Part shown: piece after piece, positions 39,532 through 60,726 of the stretch
Layout of the letters: every line of letters begins with the position of its first letter
How positions within the stretch are numbered: the stretch's first letter is position 1
Translations under genes and position numbers: made by a program
The notes under the pieces: model-generated
What the model saw: the letters and a program-made list of their open reading frames with translations, nothing else
Told to the model about the DNA's origin: nothing
The model's database searches: none
Assembly: GCA_002104945.1 (NCBI GenBank)
Contig: MCFH01000005.1
Span: 806,001 to 870,000, forward strand
Direction: 5' to 3'
Source of the DNA: Piromyces finnis finn
Lineage: Eukaryota > Fungi > Neocallimastigomycota
Length of the DNA stretch: 64,000 nt

Positions 39532-40149
39532 CGAGTTTTAAAAACACAAAGAAATTCTTTGATTGAACAAAAATAAAAAACAAAATACTTTAGTACTTCA
39601 ATTATTATTATTACTCATTTTACTTTTGTTAACTCTGAATTATAAATTAATCATGGAAGCTTTTTTGGTTAATGATATATTACTAATTTCTTAGAAACAG
39701 AGTTTAATCAAATTTAAAGAGACTTTTTTTTTTTTGCCTAATTGAAAAAAAATTTTTTATATATATATTCTCCTTTATATATATATAAAGCACTATAAAT
39801 AATTCATTTCCTACATTTTAATAATTTTGAATTTATAAAAATTCTTTTCTAATCGTTGATATTAAAATCATATTATAATTTAAATAATATTAATGTTATA
39901 ATATTAATGTTATAATATTTATTTTAACATTTATTTTTACTTTATTGATTTTATATTTACAAAAAATTCTATAAATTTTAAATTTGAATGTGGATATATA
40001 TTGAATTTTTAAATAAAAATTTAAAAAAAAAGTAATTCATAAAAAATAATGGAATATAATTCAAATGTAAATTATTCCAATTTTTAGAAAAAAAAAATAA
40101 AAAAATTTTACATTAAATAATTATTTATTAAAAGGTTCTATCTATTTAT

Positions 40150-43050
40150 TTAAATGTCTTCACTTTCTATTGTATTAGCTTCATCTGTTATTGGATCGGA
40201 GTCTTTTGGAACAGCTCTAATAATGACCTTATCCTTATATGGAACAGCTCTAAAATCAATAGATGAATCTGGATCAAATCTCATTATACCTGAGTTTTTA
40301 TTATTTATATGGTAAATACTGTGCATGGCAAATAGACGATAAGAATCAGCATTAAGAGAAGCTTTATCAGCTGATAATCTTGAACATCCATCTTCACCAT
40401 ATGCAAAATCGTCGGTTCCAAAACAATGTGTTAGTTCATGAAGAATAATAGAAGAAGCTTCGCTAGTATGTCTTTCAATGGTTCCATGCCATATATCGTT
40501 AAAGAAATTTGGACAAACATGGAATTCTCTACTATATTGATAAGTCCATGCTATTGCATTTTGAGAACATACAGCATCACTTGCTGGTTCACAAAATGCC
40601 TTAGCGGTTGTCATATTATCTACATATTCAAGAATTTTTATAGCCTTATTTCTTACATTCTCACTCTTAAAATATTTCATGAAGATATTATTGTATTCAG
40701 CATTATTACCATTCTTTACAACTTCCAGGGCTGCAGCTCTATAAGTTTTTAAATCTGCAATATTCTTTTTTAATTTATCGATTTGACTTTGATTACAATT
40801 AATAAAATTGGTCATTGTAAAATCTTTTGTCTTTAAAGAAATAGTAGGTCTTGAAGAACTAGTTATAGTTGTTGTTGTTTTAATAGTAGTAGTTCTTGTT
40901 GTTTTAATAATAGTTGGCACTACAGTAGTAGTTCTTACGACAGTAGTTTTAGTTTTTGGTACAAATTCTGTTGGAATAGTTTTAGTTTTAATATTAGTTG
41001 GAATAGTTTTAGTAGTGGAGGCAGAAACTCCTGTTTTTGTTATAAATTCTGTAGGGATAGTTTTAGTCTTAATATTAGTAGGAATAGTTTTAGTAGTAGA
41101 GGCAGAAACTCCTGTCTTTGTTATAAATTCTGTAGGGATAGTTTTAGTCTTAATATTAGTAGGAATAGCTTTAGTAGTGGAAGCAGAAACTCCTGTCTTT
41201 GTTATAAATTCTGTAGGGATAGTTTTAGTCTTAATATTAGTAGGAATAGCTTTAGTAGTAGAGGCAGACACTCCTGTCTTTGTTATAAATTCTGTAGGGA
41301 TAGTTTTAGTCTTAATATTAGTTGGGATAGTTTTAGTGACAGAAACTCCTGTCTTAGTTATAAATTCTGTTGGAATAGTTTTTGTTTTAATATTGGTTGG
41401 AATAGTTTTTGTAGTTTTTGTAGAAGCGGTTTCAGCTAAATTAGTTGATGTCAATATTTCAGTTGTAATAGCTTTAGTTTTAGTTTCAATAGCTGTTGTA
41501 ATGAATTCTGTTGGAATAGTTTTAGTTTTAATATTAGTTGGAATAGTTTTAGATGTTATGTTACTTGAATCAATAGTTGTAGCAGCAGATGTTGAAGTTG
41601 CTGTAGCTGTTTTCTTTGTTGTTGTTGTTTTATTATTTGGTTTTCCTTTCCATTGATTTCTCCAAAGCTCGAACCATTTATTCCATTGTTTAAACCATTC
41701 ATCAATCCATACTTTATTTGATGCATTATCTTTTGAGTTCCAACCCCATCCCCACCATGCCCATGGGTTCCAAATCCATGTATTATTGTTTTTATTTGTT
41801 GAGGAAGTTGGTTTTGATATTTTTGTGGTAGTGGTTGATTTCTTTGTTGTAGTTGTTCTTGATTTTGTAGTCTTAATTTTTGATGTTACAATTACAGTTT
41901 TATTTGTTGTCTTTCTTGTAGAATTGGTAGTCTTTTTTTGTGTAGTCTTTATTGTGTTATTATTGTTCGTCTTTGTAACAGAACCAACTGTTGTTATTAA
42001 TTCTGGTGGAATAGTTTTAGTCTTTGTTTTAATATTAGTAGGAATAGTTTTGCTTGTTTTTGTAAGTAAATCTTGTGGAATGGTTTTAGTTTTATTGATT
42101 GTTGGAATTGTTTTAGTAGCAACTGCATCAGCTGATGAAGGAATAGTTTTAGTCTTTATATGAATATTAGTAGGTACAGTTTTGCTTCCTTTTGAAAGTA
42201 AGTCCGATGGAACAGTTTTAGTTCCTGGAGCAACAGCATCAGCTGATGTTGTAATTAATTCTGGTGGAATTGTTTTAGTTTTTGTAACGGTTTTACTGAT
42301 TAAGCTTGATGGAATAGTTTTAGTACTAGGAATAGTTTTAGTGCCAGGTGTAAGAATAGATGGAATTGTTTTGGTTGTATTTGCATCTGCAGTTGATGTA
42401 AGGTATTCTGGTGGAATAGTTTTAGACTTAATAATTGGTGTAGTTTTGGTTTTTGATGTAAGGGATTCTTTTGGAACAGTTTTAGTTTTCAATAATTCTG
42501 ATGGAACAGTTTTTGTTGTTTTAGATGAGTCACCTTTAATTGTTTTAGTAGTTAAAGAAAAGCCAGTTGGGATAGTTTTAGTTTTGTTATTAGTAGGTAT
42601 AGTTTTAGTATCAGATGATTCAGAAGTAATATATTCTGGTGGAATTGTTTTTGATTTAATATTTGGTGTTGTTTTGGTTTTTGGAGTAGTTGATGATGGA
42701 GAAAGAAGTTCTGATGGTATTGTTTTTGTTTTTGGTATAACTATAGTAGCTGGGATAGTTTTAGTACGTTTAGATGCTAAAGAACTGGTTTTAGTAATAA
42801 ATTCTGGTGGAATAGTTTTTGTGTTTGTTTTTTTTGAAGCATTTAATGAATTTAAAAAATCGGTTGCAACTATTTTTGTTGTTTTAGTTGTATCTCTTTT
42901 TCTTAATGAATTAAAATCAAAATCTTCCAATTTATCAACAACTTTTTTACATGGAATAATATTGCCATCTAAATCTTGGCATATTGGTTCAGTTTTAACA
43001 AGAATTGATAAAACAAATAGTAAAATAAACTCAAGCAATTGAAATTTCAT
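40150..43050 (-). CDS. Secreted M35/aspzincin-type zinc metalloendopeptidase with long Thr-rich TKTIP-repeat N-terminal stalk
   Basis: Signal peptide MKFQLLEFILLFVLSILVKT; LRKR dibasic site; C-terminal HELTH-CFGTDDFAYG...NADSY matches the HExxH + GTxDxxYG aspzincin signature. Intronless. Confidence 0.88.
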   Translation of the reverse strand: MKFQLLEFILLFVLSILVKTEPICQDLDGNIIPCKKVVDKLEDFDFNSLRKRDTTKTTKIVATDFLNSLNASKKTNTKTIPPEFITKTSSLASKRTKTIPATIVIPKTKTIPSELLSPSSTTPKTKTTPNIKSKTIPPEYITSESSDTKTIPTNNKTKTIPTGFSLTTKTIKGDSSKTTKTVPSELLKTKTVPKESLTSKTKTTPIIKSKTIPPEYLTSTADANTTKTIPSILTPGTKTIPSTKTIPSSLISKTVTKTKTIPPELITTSADAVAPGTKTVPSDLLSKGSKTVPTNIHIKTKTIPSSADAVATKTIPTINKTKTIPQDLLTKTSKTIPTNIKTKTKTIPPELITTVGSVTKTNNNNTIKTTQKKTTNSTRKTTNKTVIVTSKIKTTKSRTTTTKKSTTTTKISKPTSSTNKNNNTWIWNPWAWWGWGWNSKDNASNKVWIDEWFKQWNKWFELWRNQWKGKPNNKTTTTKKTATATSTSAATTIDSSNITSKTIPTNIKTKTIPTEFITTAIETKTKAITTEILTSTNLAETASTKTTKTIPTNIKTKTIPTEFITKTGVSVTKTIPTNIKTKTIPTEFITKTGVSASTTKAIPTNIKTKTIPTEFITKTGVSASTTKAIPTNIKTKTIPTEFITKTGVSASTTKTIPTNIKTKTIPTEFITKTGVSASTTKTIPTNIKTKTIPTEFVPKTKTTVVRTTTVVPTIIKTTRTTTIKTTTTITSSSRPTISLKTKDFTMTNFINCNQSQIDKLKKNIADLKTYRAAALEVVKNGNNAEYNNIFMKYFKSENVRNKAIKILEYVDNMTTAKAFCEPASDAVCSQNAIAWTYQYSREFHVCPNFFNDIWHGTIERHTSEASSIILHELTHCFGTDDFAYGEDGCSRLSADKASLNADSYRLFAMHSIYHINNKNSGIMRFDPDSSIDFRAVPYKDKVIIRAVPKDSDPITDEANTIESEDI
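40960..41410 (-). repeat. Coding minisatellite, 81-bp (27-aa) unit TKTIPTNIKTKTIPTEFITKTGVSAST, about 5 copies
   Basis: tataaattctgtagggatag recurs at 41041, 41122 and 41203 (period 81). Confidence 0.85.
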
Positions 43051-43388
43051 TTTTACAATTTATTTATTCTGTACAAAATATTTTAAATTTAAAAATAAAT
43101 TTCAATTGTAAAAATAATGAACAATTTTATCCTTTAGTATTTTCCTCTTTGAAACTAATATCTTTATAGAAAAAAAAATTTATTTAAAAATGTTTGTTTT
43201 AATATTTTGACATAATACAAATTGTTATGGATCTAAATCTATAATTAGCTAAATTGTATTATATTAAAACAAATTAAATATATATTTCTTATTCTTTTAA
43301 TTCATATAATTATTATGATATTATTAAATAAACAATTTTTGATAAAAAAAATAAAAAAATTTGTAATGCTACCAGGAGAAAAATAATC

Positions 43389-43420
<32 letters not shown>

Positions 43421-45872
43421 ATTCAATAAACTTTTTTTTTTAATTAAAAAATAAAAGTTTATTTAATAAAAAACAAAATAATATTAAAAAAATATTTAAA
43501 TTTAATTTAATAAAATTAAATTGTGTTAATTAAAACATAATCAAATATAATTGTTATATACGTTGTTAGAGTATCTATTATATAATAATATTAAAATAGA
43601 ATTGTTATTTATTATTTTTGTTTTTCCTCATTACACCTATTGTTTATATATTATAACTATTTTTTTATTATAGAGAAGTTATTACAATTACATTTATAGA
43701 GAAAAACTATTTATATAATATTATATTGTATATATTGTTGTGTAACACTATATGCGGCATTTTCAAAGTTTGATTTTTATAATTATTTATTATTTCATAT
43801 TAGAATGAAATAAATTTAATTTATTTCAAGTCGTACTTGTATATTTAATTATTAATCATAATATATTGTATATTATTAAATAATGATTCAATTATATAAA
43901 AATTTTTAAAAAAAATACATATAAAAATATATTTAATTTTTTTAATTTATAAATATTAAAAAAGAAATTTTTATATTATATTTTTTTTAAAAAAATATAC
44001 TTTAATATATATATTAATAGAATATATATATGTTGTACAAAAATTTTAAAAAAAATTTTAAAAAAAAAGTACAAAAAACAATTTTACATTTCAATACCTT
44101 TCTCCGTGAAACTAAATATTTAGAAATGAATTTTTTTAAAGTTTTTTACAAAGCACAAATCTTGTAATATTAAGAAAAAACTTTTTTTTAAATTATTAAT
44201 GTTTGCATATGTTTTTTACAGTTATATTTCTTAGTAATTTTTATAAAGTATGAATATTTTAAATGATAATTATTGTAGTTATGAGAAATATTTTTTAACA
44301 TAAAAAAAAAAAGACATATAATAGATAAAATAAACTTTTAAATATAAAATTTAATAAAGATGTAATATATTAATTCTATAAACAGGAGTATTAATAAATT
44401 TAGTTTTGTATAAAAGTTTCAAACACACGATTAATATATTTTTATTATAAATAAAACTATTTATAAATTCATATAATTACATAATTATAGTTGAAACATA
44501 ATATATTAATATCAAGTATTAACTCATTAAATTAAAAAAGAAAAAAACTTTTTACATAAGAAGTTTAAAAAAATAAATAATTAAGGATGATCAAAACAAA
44601 TAATTTTTTTTTGTATCATTAAAATAGGTTAAAAATTACATTTCACATTAATATCATTGAATATATAAAAATAAAGCTTTTTTTTTGCGATAGATACTTT
44701 TTCTCTTTATTACATTACTTCAAAGATGTAAATATACGTTACTATTTTTTTAACTTTTATCTAAACTATAATATAATAATTTGGTTCAATTGAAGCTTTG
44801 GTTTAATAATATTAAAAAAAAAAAAAAAAGGAAAATGACCTTTTTTTAATTTTTATTTCCGTTTTTACCTGTTTTATTTCTCTTTTATAAATTTTTAACT
44901 TTTTTAAAAAAAAAAAAAAAAAAGATCGAAAAGTTTATATTTAATTGGTGTAATAATTAAAACTAATAATAAATTACTAAATAAAGATTTAAACCGTTTG
45001 TTAAGTAAATTTTATATTATAAATATTATAAAATAAGTGGTGACATTGATTCAATAAAAAAAAAAAGTAAAAATAAAGTTGCCGCTCATCATTTTAAATT
45101 AATTTTTATTCTTCACTATTTTATTATTGTAATTATGGATGATGGATAAAAAATGGTTGAAATTATTTTCAGAAAAAATAGTTATTAACATTACGCATTA
45201 CTACGATAATTTATTTTTTATATCACTAATAAGAATTTTAAAAGATTAGTTTTTTTTTTTTTTAATAGAATATTAAACATGATAAAAAGTATAAATATAT
45301 TCATTACTTTATACCTATTATTTATAAATAATTATAATCATTTTAACTATTGAAAATAGAAAATATAATAGTTTTTAAAGCATTTTAATAAATATTAATA
45401 TTAATTGTATAATATTGAGAACATAAAAAAACTATAATTAATCATTGAATGGTTATTTACAATAAGAAGTCTTTAATTTTAAAAGAGAAAAAACAAAAAC
45501 CTTTTTATTACTCAAATTTAACAATATCAATATTTTAATAGTAATAATTTAAATAATATAAATAAATTACATTTATAAATAATTTTATAAAACATGTTAT
45601 AATAAAAATAAAACATTATTATTTTATAATAAATAAAAGGGTAAAGGAAATAATTAAAATATTTTAAGTTAAAATTTACTATATAAATATAAAATGGATT
45701 ATTTAAATAAAAAAGATTTAAAATTTTTTAAAATTTGATTTAATTAAAAAATAATAATAATGCAGAATAAACATTTTCATATTGATTGGCTATAACTTAA
45801 AGTTTTTTATATGTATCACAAAAAATCTGAAAAAAAAAGTTATTTTTAAAAGTTATCAATAAATAAGTGAAA

Positions 45873-47521
45873 ATGTCCAATAAAGAAGAAATTCAAATTC
45901 AAGAAACTTCTACTGAAGTAGTTGATAAAAAGCAAAAAGAGGAAAAGGAAGAAAATAATGCATATGAATTAGAAGATGAAGATTTCAAATTATTTGAAGT
46001 ATGATTGCCAATTTATGTTAATTTAAATTTAAAATGAGCAGCTCTTATTCATTACGGATTAAAAAAAAAAAAAAAAAAAAAAAAATCAATAACAATAACA
46101 ATAACAATAGTACCATTCTTACTTAAAACTAAAATGTATTATACACATAATTTGTTTTATAGTTCAAATTAATTAATTACTAAATTAAATATACATATTA
46201 CATATATTAATAATTATACCTAAATAGATGTAGGCATATAAAATAAACATATATAGATATATATAGTTACATATGAGAAATAATTGATAACTAATTTTAT
46301 TTTAATGATTATCGATAAAGCATTTTTCATTTCTTAATAATTTTCATATTTTAATGAATTAGACAATAATTTCAATTATGTTTGTATAATAATTAAATTT
46401 CTATCTTTTTTTTAATAAAATAAAAGATTCCAGACGATTATTGGAAACCACCACCAGAAAATACTTTCCAAGATTTTGAACGTAAACCAGAAGATGTTCA
46501 ACCAGGTACTTTGATTTTAATTCACATTTAATTTATATATTATTGATATTATAAAGATATCATAAATCATACACTAAGATACATAAACAAAATATCATTG
46601 TTTTAATGGAAAAAAAAAATAATAATAAATCAAAAATTAATAATTATTAATAAAAATAAAAGGTACACCTTCAAAAATTAATTTAAGATTAATTGGTGGA
46701 CATTCACTATGGGGTCATTGGATTTGGAATGCTGCTCTTCTCATGGCTTACTACCAAGATAAAGAAAAGTCAGTAACTAAGAATAAAACAATTTTAGAAT
46801 TAGGTGCAGGTGGTGCTTTAAATTCTTTTATTGCTGCTATTAATGATGCTAAAAATATTGTTATCACCGATTATCCAGATAAAGATCTTATTGAAAATAT
46901 TGAATGGAATGCAAAAAATTTATTCCCAGAATTAGTCGAACAAAAAAAAATGAGTGTTATTGTATGTATATTGCTTCTAGATCATTTTATATGTGCATTA
47001 GTATTATGAATAAACAATCATATAAATAACATAATATTATTAATTAAAAGTTATATATAAATATATAATATAATTATAAAATAGTATTACATCATTTTAT
47101 ATATTATATAATAGCTATTAATTTACTTCTTTTTTTTTCTCGTATACAAATTATATATATATATTAATAGGATCATTTATGGGGTAGAGATGTCACACCA
47201 ATTCTCGCTTTAAATAACAATGAAAAATTTGATGTTGTTTTATTAGCTGATGTTATTTTTAATCATAATCAACAAAAACAACTTTTAGAATCACTCTACA
47301 AAACTATTAAGCCAAAAACTGGTGTTGCTCTTGTTTACTTCACACACCACAAACCATGGTTAGCTCATAAAGATATTGAATTCTTTGAAAATGGTGCTGC
47401 CATTTATGGTTTCAAATATGAAGAATTTGAAACAAAGGTTATGAAACCTATGTTTGAAGTTGATTTTGGTAGTGAACTTGTTCGTTCAACTGTTCATGGT
47501 TATCGTATGTGGTTAGAATAA
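45873..47521 (+). CDS. EFM7: Protein N-terminal/lysine N-methyltransferase EFM7 (NNT1-like); exons 45873-45998, 46427-46505, 46663-46961, 47171-47521
   Basis: LRLIGGHSLWGHWIWNAA, ILELGAGGAL, IVITDYPDKDLIENI, LWG, FDVVLLADVIFNH, FTHHKPWLAHKDIEFF, PMFEVDFGSELVRSTVHGY. Canonical GT-AG junctions keep frame. Confidence 0.9.
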
Positions 47522-47983
47522 AAAAGAAATTTATACAAAAATTATTAATCAAATTAAATCTCAATATCGTTTATTTATGAATTATATGCACATAGATTAT
47601 TTAATTAAATATATAATAATTATAAATTAAAATACATAGATAAAAATAATTACATAAAAATAAAAATAAAAAAAAAAGTTAATATAAAAAAGACAATTTG
47701 TTAATAATACAAAAAAAATAATAATAATATTAAAAAATTGAATTTTTAATTTATGTAGTTTCAATTTTTAGTTATTAATGATGTTGTTATTATTATTATT
47801 ATTATTGTAATTAAATTTAAAGGTTTTAATATTTAAAATATTTAACATTTAATATAAAGTATTAAAAATAAATAAATAAAAAAAAAAAAAGAAAACTAAA
47901 ATTTTGAAAATATGGGTATAAATATGTTTTTTATAAACATTATTATTCTTTCAGCAAAAATATGTATATTAAGTTATTGTTAT

Positions 47984-57065
<9,082 letters not shown>

Positions 57066-57679
57066 ATATTATTGATGCTATTATTTAATAATAATTACTT
57101 TATAAAATAAATTATTATTAAAATATAAATAAAAAAAAAACTAAAAATCTTTTCTGATTTTTTCTAATATATTTTAACATTACACAAGTTTAACCAATAA
57201 TAAATAATTTTAATAATTAAATTAATTATATTATATATATTGGTTAAATAATAATAACTATGAAATTTTTATAGAAATATATAAATGGAGTACTTCTGTT
57301 TCTATCATTTTTAACTACAATTTCAAATTCAATAAAAGTAATATAAATTAATTGTTTAAAAGAACTAAAGAAAAATATAAAATTAGAACTATATTTCCTT
57401 TCTTAATTATATTGTTTAAAAAATATATAAAATAAAAAAATATCTACATTAGAAAATTTTCAATATAATTTTTGAAAATTTATTATAATATTGTTAATAA
57501 AATTAAATGAATATTTATTGGCCAGTTAGATTAATTAAATATCTATATCTAACAATAATTAATTGTAAATATAATTTTTTTGAAAAAATACAATTACAAT
57601 TAAAAAATAATTATTAAAACGACTAAATTTAACGAAATAAGAAATTAATAAATATTAATAAATATTGCATAGTTTGATA

Positions 57680-57710
<31 letters not shown>

Positions 57711-57763
57711 AGATTTTATTAATAAAGTATTCTATAAATTTAAATTAATTATATAATTATAAT

Positions 57764-60376
57764 TTATGTATCAGCACCACATTTAATTAAATAATCAATA
57801 ATTTGATGTTTATGAATTTTTAATGCAAATGCTAAAAGTGTGAATCCTTTTTCATCTTTTATATTAACATCCAAGTGGTTTTCAACCAGGATTTTTAATA
57901 AATCTAATCGATTGCAAGATATGATTGTTTTCAAGCTTTCGCTATTGAAATTTTTAGTATTATATTTGGCAAAGTATTCAAATAATTCAGTATGTTTCCA
58001 TTTTGAATTACTAATCAAATAAAAAATTTCATGTTTTTTTGTAAAATCTATACAAGCATAATAATCTATTAAGAATTTTATAATAACTTTTGAACCTAAT
58101 TTCATAGCGTAGAGCAAAATTGATTGATCATTATTACCCATATAGTTTTGAATGATAAAATTTACATCAGCACCATTTTCTACTAACAGTTTAACTATTG
58201 GTAAGTAATTATTTTGAATAGCATAAACTAAAGGTGTATTTCCATCTTCATCAATATAATTAACATCTGCGCCATATTGAATCAAGGAATTCATAATATA
58301 TTCTTTTTCTTTATTGCTATAATTTCTAAATTTAAGTAGGGTAATCAAGGGAGTAATGCCTTGTTCATTGGGTATATTTAAAGAAATATTTTTAATTTTC
58401 AATAAATCAAATATTAAATTTTCATTTTTAATATGAATTGCAATATCTAAAGCACAATGACCATGGCCATTCATATTATCATAAAATTTTACTTCAACTC
58501 CACGATTAATTAAATTATGTACTGTATTAATATCATTTTTAAAAATTGCATAATGAAGAATACTATATCCATAATAATCTAAATCATTAAGATTATAAAA
58601 ATTTATTAAAACTTCAAATATAGCTTGATGACCTAACAAATATGCAAGGCTCACTGGGGTATAATAATGATTTTCTGTAATAAAGTTATTTGTTCTATCA
58701 AAACATCCAGTCTTAACGAAAAACTCTATTTCTTCAATTTTATTATGATATATAGCTTCAATAAATGGAGACAAATCACTTTCATTTACTTCTTCCTCAT
58801 CAATAATAATTGGAGATTTTAATAATAGTTTTATAATTTCATATCTATTTCCTTTTATTGCTAATGTAATTAAAGGCTTTAATTGTTCATCATAACTGTC
58901 TTTATCTATACCTTTAATATTTGTAGAAGCACCATAATCCAACAAATATTTAAATATTTTTATATTATTCGTATAAAAAGCTGCAATTAAGGGATATTCA
59001 TTATTTTTGTCTTTAACATTAATATTTATTTTTGATTTTAATTCTTCATTCTCCATCAATAATTTTAATAAATCTATATTTTCTATCTTTATAAGAGAAC
59101 TTAATATTAGATTAAAATAAGAAATATCATTTTTATTCATGATTATTTTTCCTAATTCTAAAATTTCATTTCGTGACACATCAGATATAGAACTTTTTAA
59201 TCTAGCTCTAAAACAAGATACATCCATATTCAAATGTATATTGATACTGTTTTCTATAGAAAAAACAAATAATAATAATTTAAGAACAAAAACCAATACA
59301 TTACAATTATTTCCATGACTAGCCACTAATAAAAAATCTTCAAAATGAGCATTTTTGAAATCGGAAACTTCATAATTCGACAATAATAACTCGGTCAATA
59401 ATTGAATAATTTGAATATTTTCTACTTCTATTGCTTCTATTAAAATATTTTCAAAATTAATTTTTTCACCCATTTTTTTTGAAGCATTACATAAAAACCT
59501 TTCAAAATTATTTACGACTTTATAGTTTAAAATACTTTTTACTAAATTATAATTATTAAAATAAACTGCCTTTTCTAATAATTCATAGCATTCATAACTA
59601 TTTAGATTATGATGATTACTATCATTATTGAAAAAAGTCATAATAGTATCATACTTTTTTAAATTTAGTGCTTCTTTATAGCATTGTCTATCAATTTTAA
59701 TTTTTGACTTTTCATTCATTATAATAAATTTTAATTGTGAATTAGATAAAGGTTTTTTATTGTTATAGTATTCTAACATCTTTATAATAAATAAATTATC
59801 AAATATACTATAATTAAAAATAATGTCTAAACCATTATCATAAATATTTTTAAATTGGCTCATTAAATTTGTGCTTAAACATGAAATGTTAAAATTATGA
59901 CTAAATATATATTTTAAAATAGCTTTATCAAAGTACACACTACCAATATGATATAAATAATTGACAATATTAATGTCTTCCCAATTTAAAATATTTAGCC
60001 TATAATTAATATCTGCACCTTTCTCTATCAATAAATCTGCTATTCCAAACTTCTTTTTCGCGACTGCTGAGAATAAAGGTACTTTATATCCTCTGTAGCA
60101 AATGCTCTGACCTACTGGTTCATAACAATATTTATTGTAATTATTAGTACAATAAAATGAATAATTTAATGTTTCAAACTGACATTGATTTATAATATAT
60201 TGAACTATATCATTAGAATCACAATTTTCTATCGAAAAAATTAAAATATCAAATTCTATATTATTTAATGCCAGTAAAAATACACAGTTTGTTTCAACAT
60301 AATTTATTAAATTAGTAAGATTGTTACTTTTAATCAAATCTATGATGTTATTTCTTAAATCATTTATTGTTGGCAT
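57764..60376 (-). CDS. Ankyrin-repeat protein, intronless
   Basis: Repeated ankyrin motifs: YPLIAAFY..N..IFKYLLDYGA, GYSILHYAI, GITPLITLL, GNTPLVYAIQNNYLPIVKLLVENGADVN. Confidence 0.9.
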   Translation of the reverse strand: MPTINDLRNNIIDLIKSNNLTNLINYVETNCVFLLALNNIEFDILIFSIENCDSNDIVQYIINQCQFETLNYSFYCTNNYNKYCYEPVGQSICYRGYKVPLFSAVAKKKFGIADLLIEKGADINYRLNILNWEDINIVNYLYHIGSVYFDKAILKYIFSHNFNISCLSTNLMSQFKNIYDNGLDIIFNYSIFDNLFIIKMLEYYNNKKPLSNSQLKFIIMNEKSKIKIDRQCYKEALNLKKYDTIMTFFNNDSNHHNLNSYECYELLEKAVYFNNYNLVKSILNYKVVNNFERFLCNASKKMGEKINFENILIEAIEVENIQIIQLLTELLLSNYEVSDFKNAHFEDFLLVASHGNNCNVLVFVLKLLLFVFSIENSINIHLNMDVSCFRARLKSSISDVSRNEILELGKIIMNKNDISYFNLILSSLIKIENIDLLKLLMENEELKSKININVKDKNNEYPLIAAFYTNNIKIFKYLLDYGASTNIKGIDKDSYDEQLKPLITLAIKGNRYEIIKLLLKSPIIIDEEEVNESDLSPFIEAIYHNKIEEIEFFVKTGCFDRTNNFITENHYYTPVSLAYLLGHQAIFEVLINFYNLNDLDYYGYSILHYAIFKNDINTVHNLINRGVEVKFYDNMNGHGHCALDIAIHIKNENLIFDLLKIKNISLNIPNEQGITPLITLLKFRNYSNKEKEYIMNSLIQYGADVNYIDEDGNTPLVYAIQNNYLPIVKLLVENGADVNFIIQNYMGNNDQSILLYAMKLGSKVIIKFLIDYYACIDFTKKHEIFYLISNSKWKHTELFEYFAKYNTKNFNSESLKTIISCNRLDLLKILVENHLDVNIKDEKGFTLLAFALKIHKHQIIDYLIKCGADT

Positions 60377-60584
60377 GTTTTTAATTTCATTTATTTACTA
60401 TCAATGAAATAATTTTTATTTTATATTAGTATATTTTTATTAATTTTAAAATTTTTATTTTAATTAAAATTTAAACTTTAAAAAAAATAAAAAAAATACT
60501 TTTTTAATTATATCTATTAATTTTTAACTTTTATATAATAACATAATAATAATAATAATTAATATTTCTTTCTATATTAGCAAG

Positions 60585-60591
60585 TTGTATT

Positions 60592-60662
<71 letters not shown>

Positions 60663-60726
60663 GAATAAGAATAAGAATAAGAATAAGAAGAAGAATAAGA
60701 AGAAGAAGAAGAAGAAGAAGAAGAAT
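60585..60726. repeat. Compound microsatellite (AAT)n-(AAGAAT)n-(AAG)n
   Basis: Read directly from the sequence. Confidence 0.9.

Noticed and set aside
41000-41400. CRISPR-like regularly spaced repeats
   Set aside because: Contiguous coding tandem units with no unique spacers, in a eukaryotic gene; no cas genes.
40438-43042. Several + strand ORFs rich in V/L/I/G (104-286 aa)
   Set aside because: Antisense shadows of the TKTIP repeats of the M35 protease.
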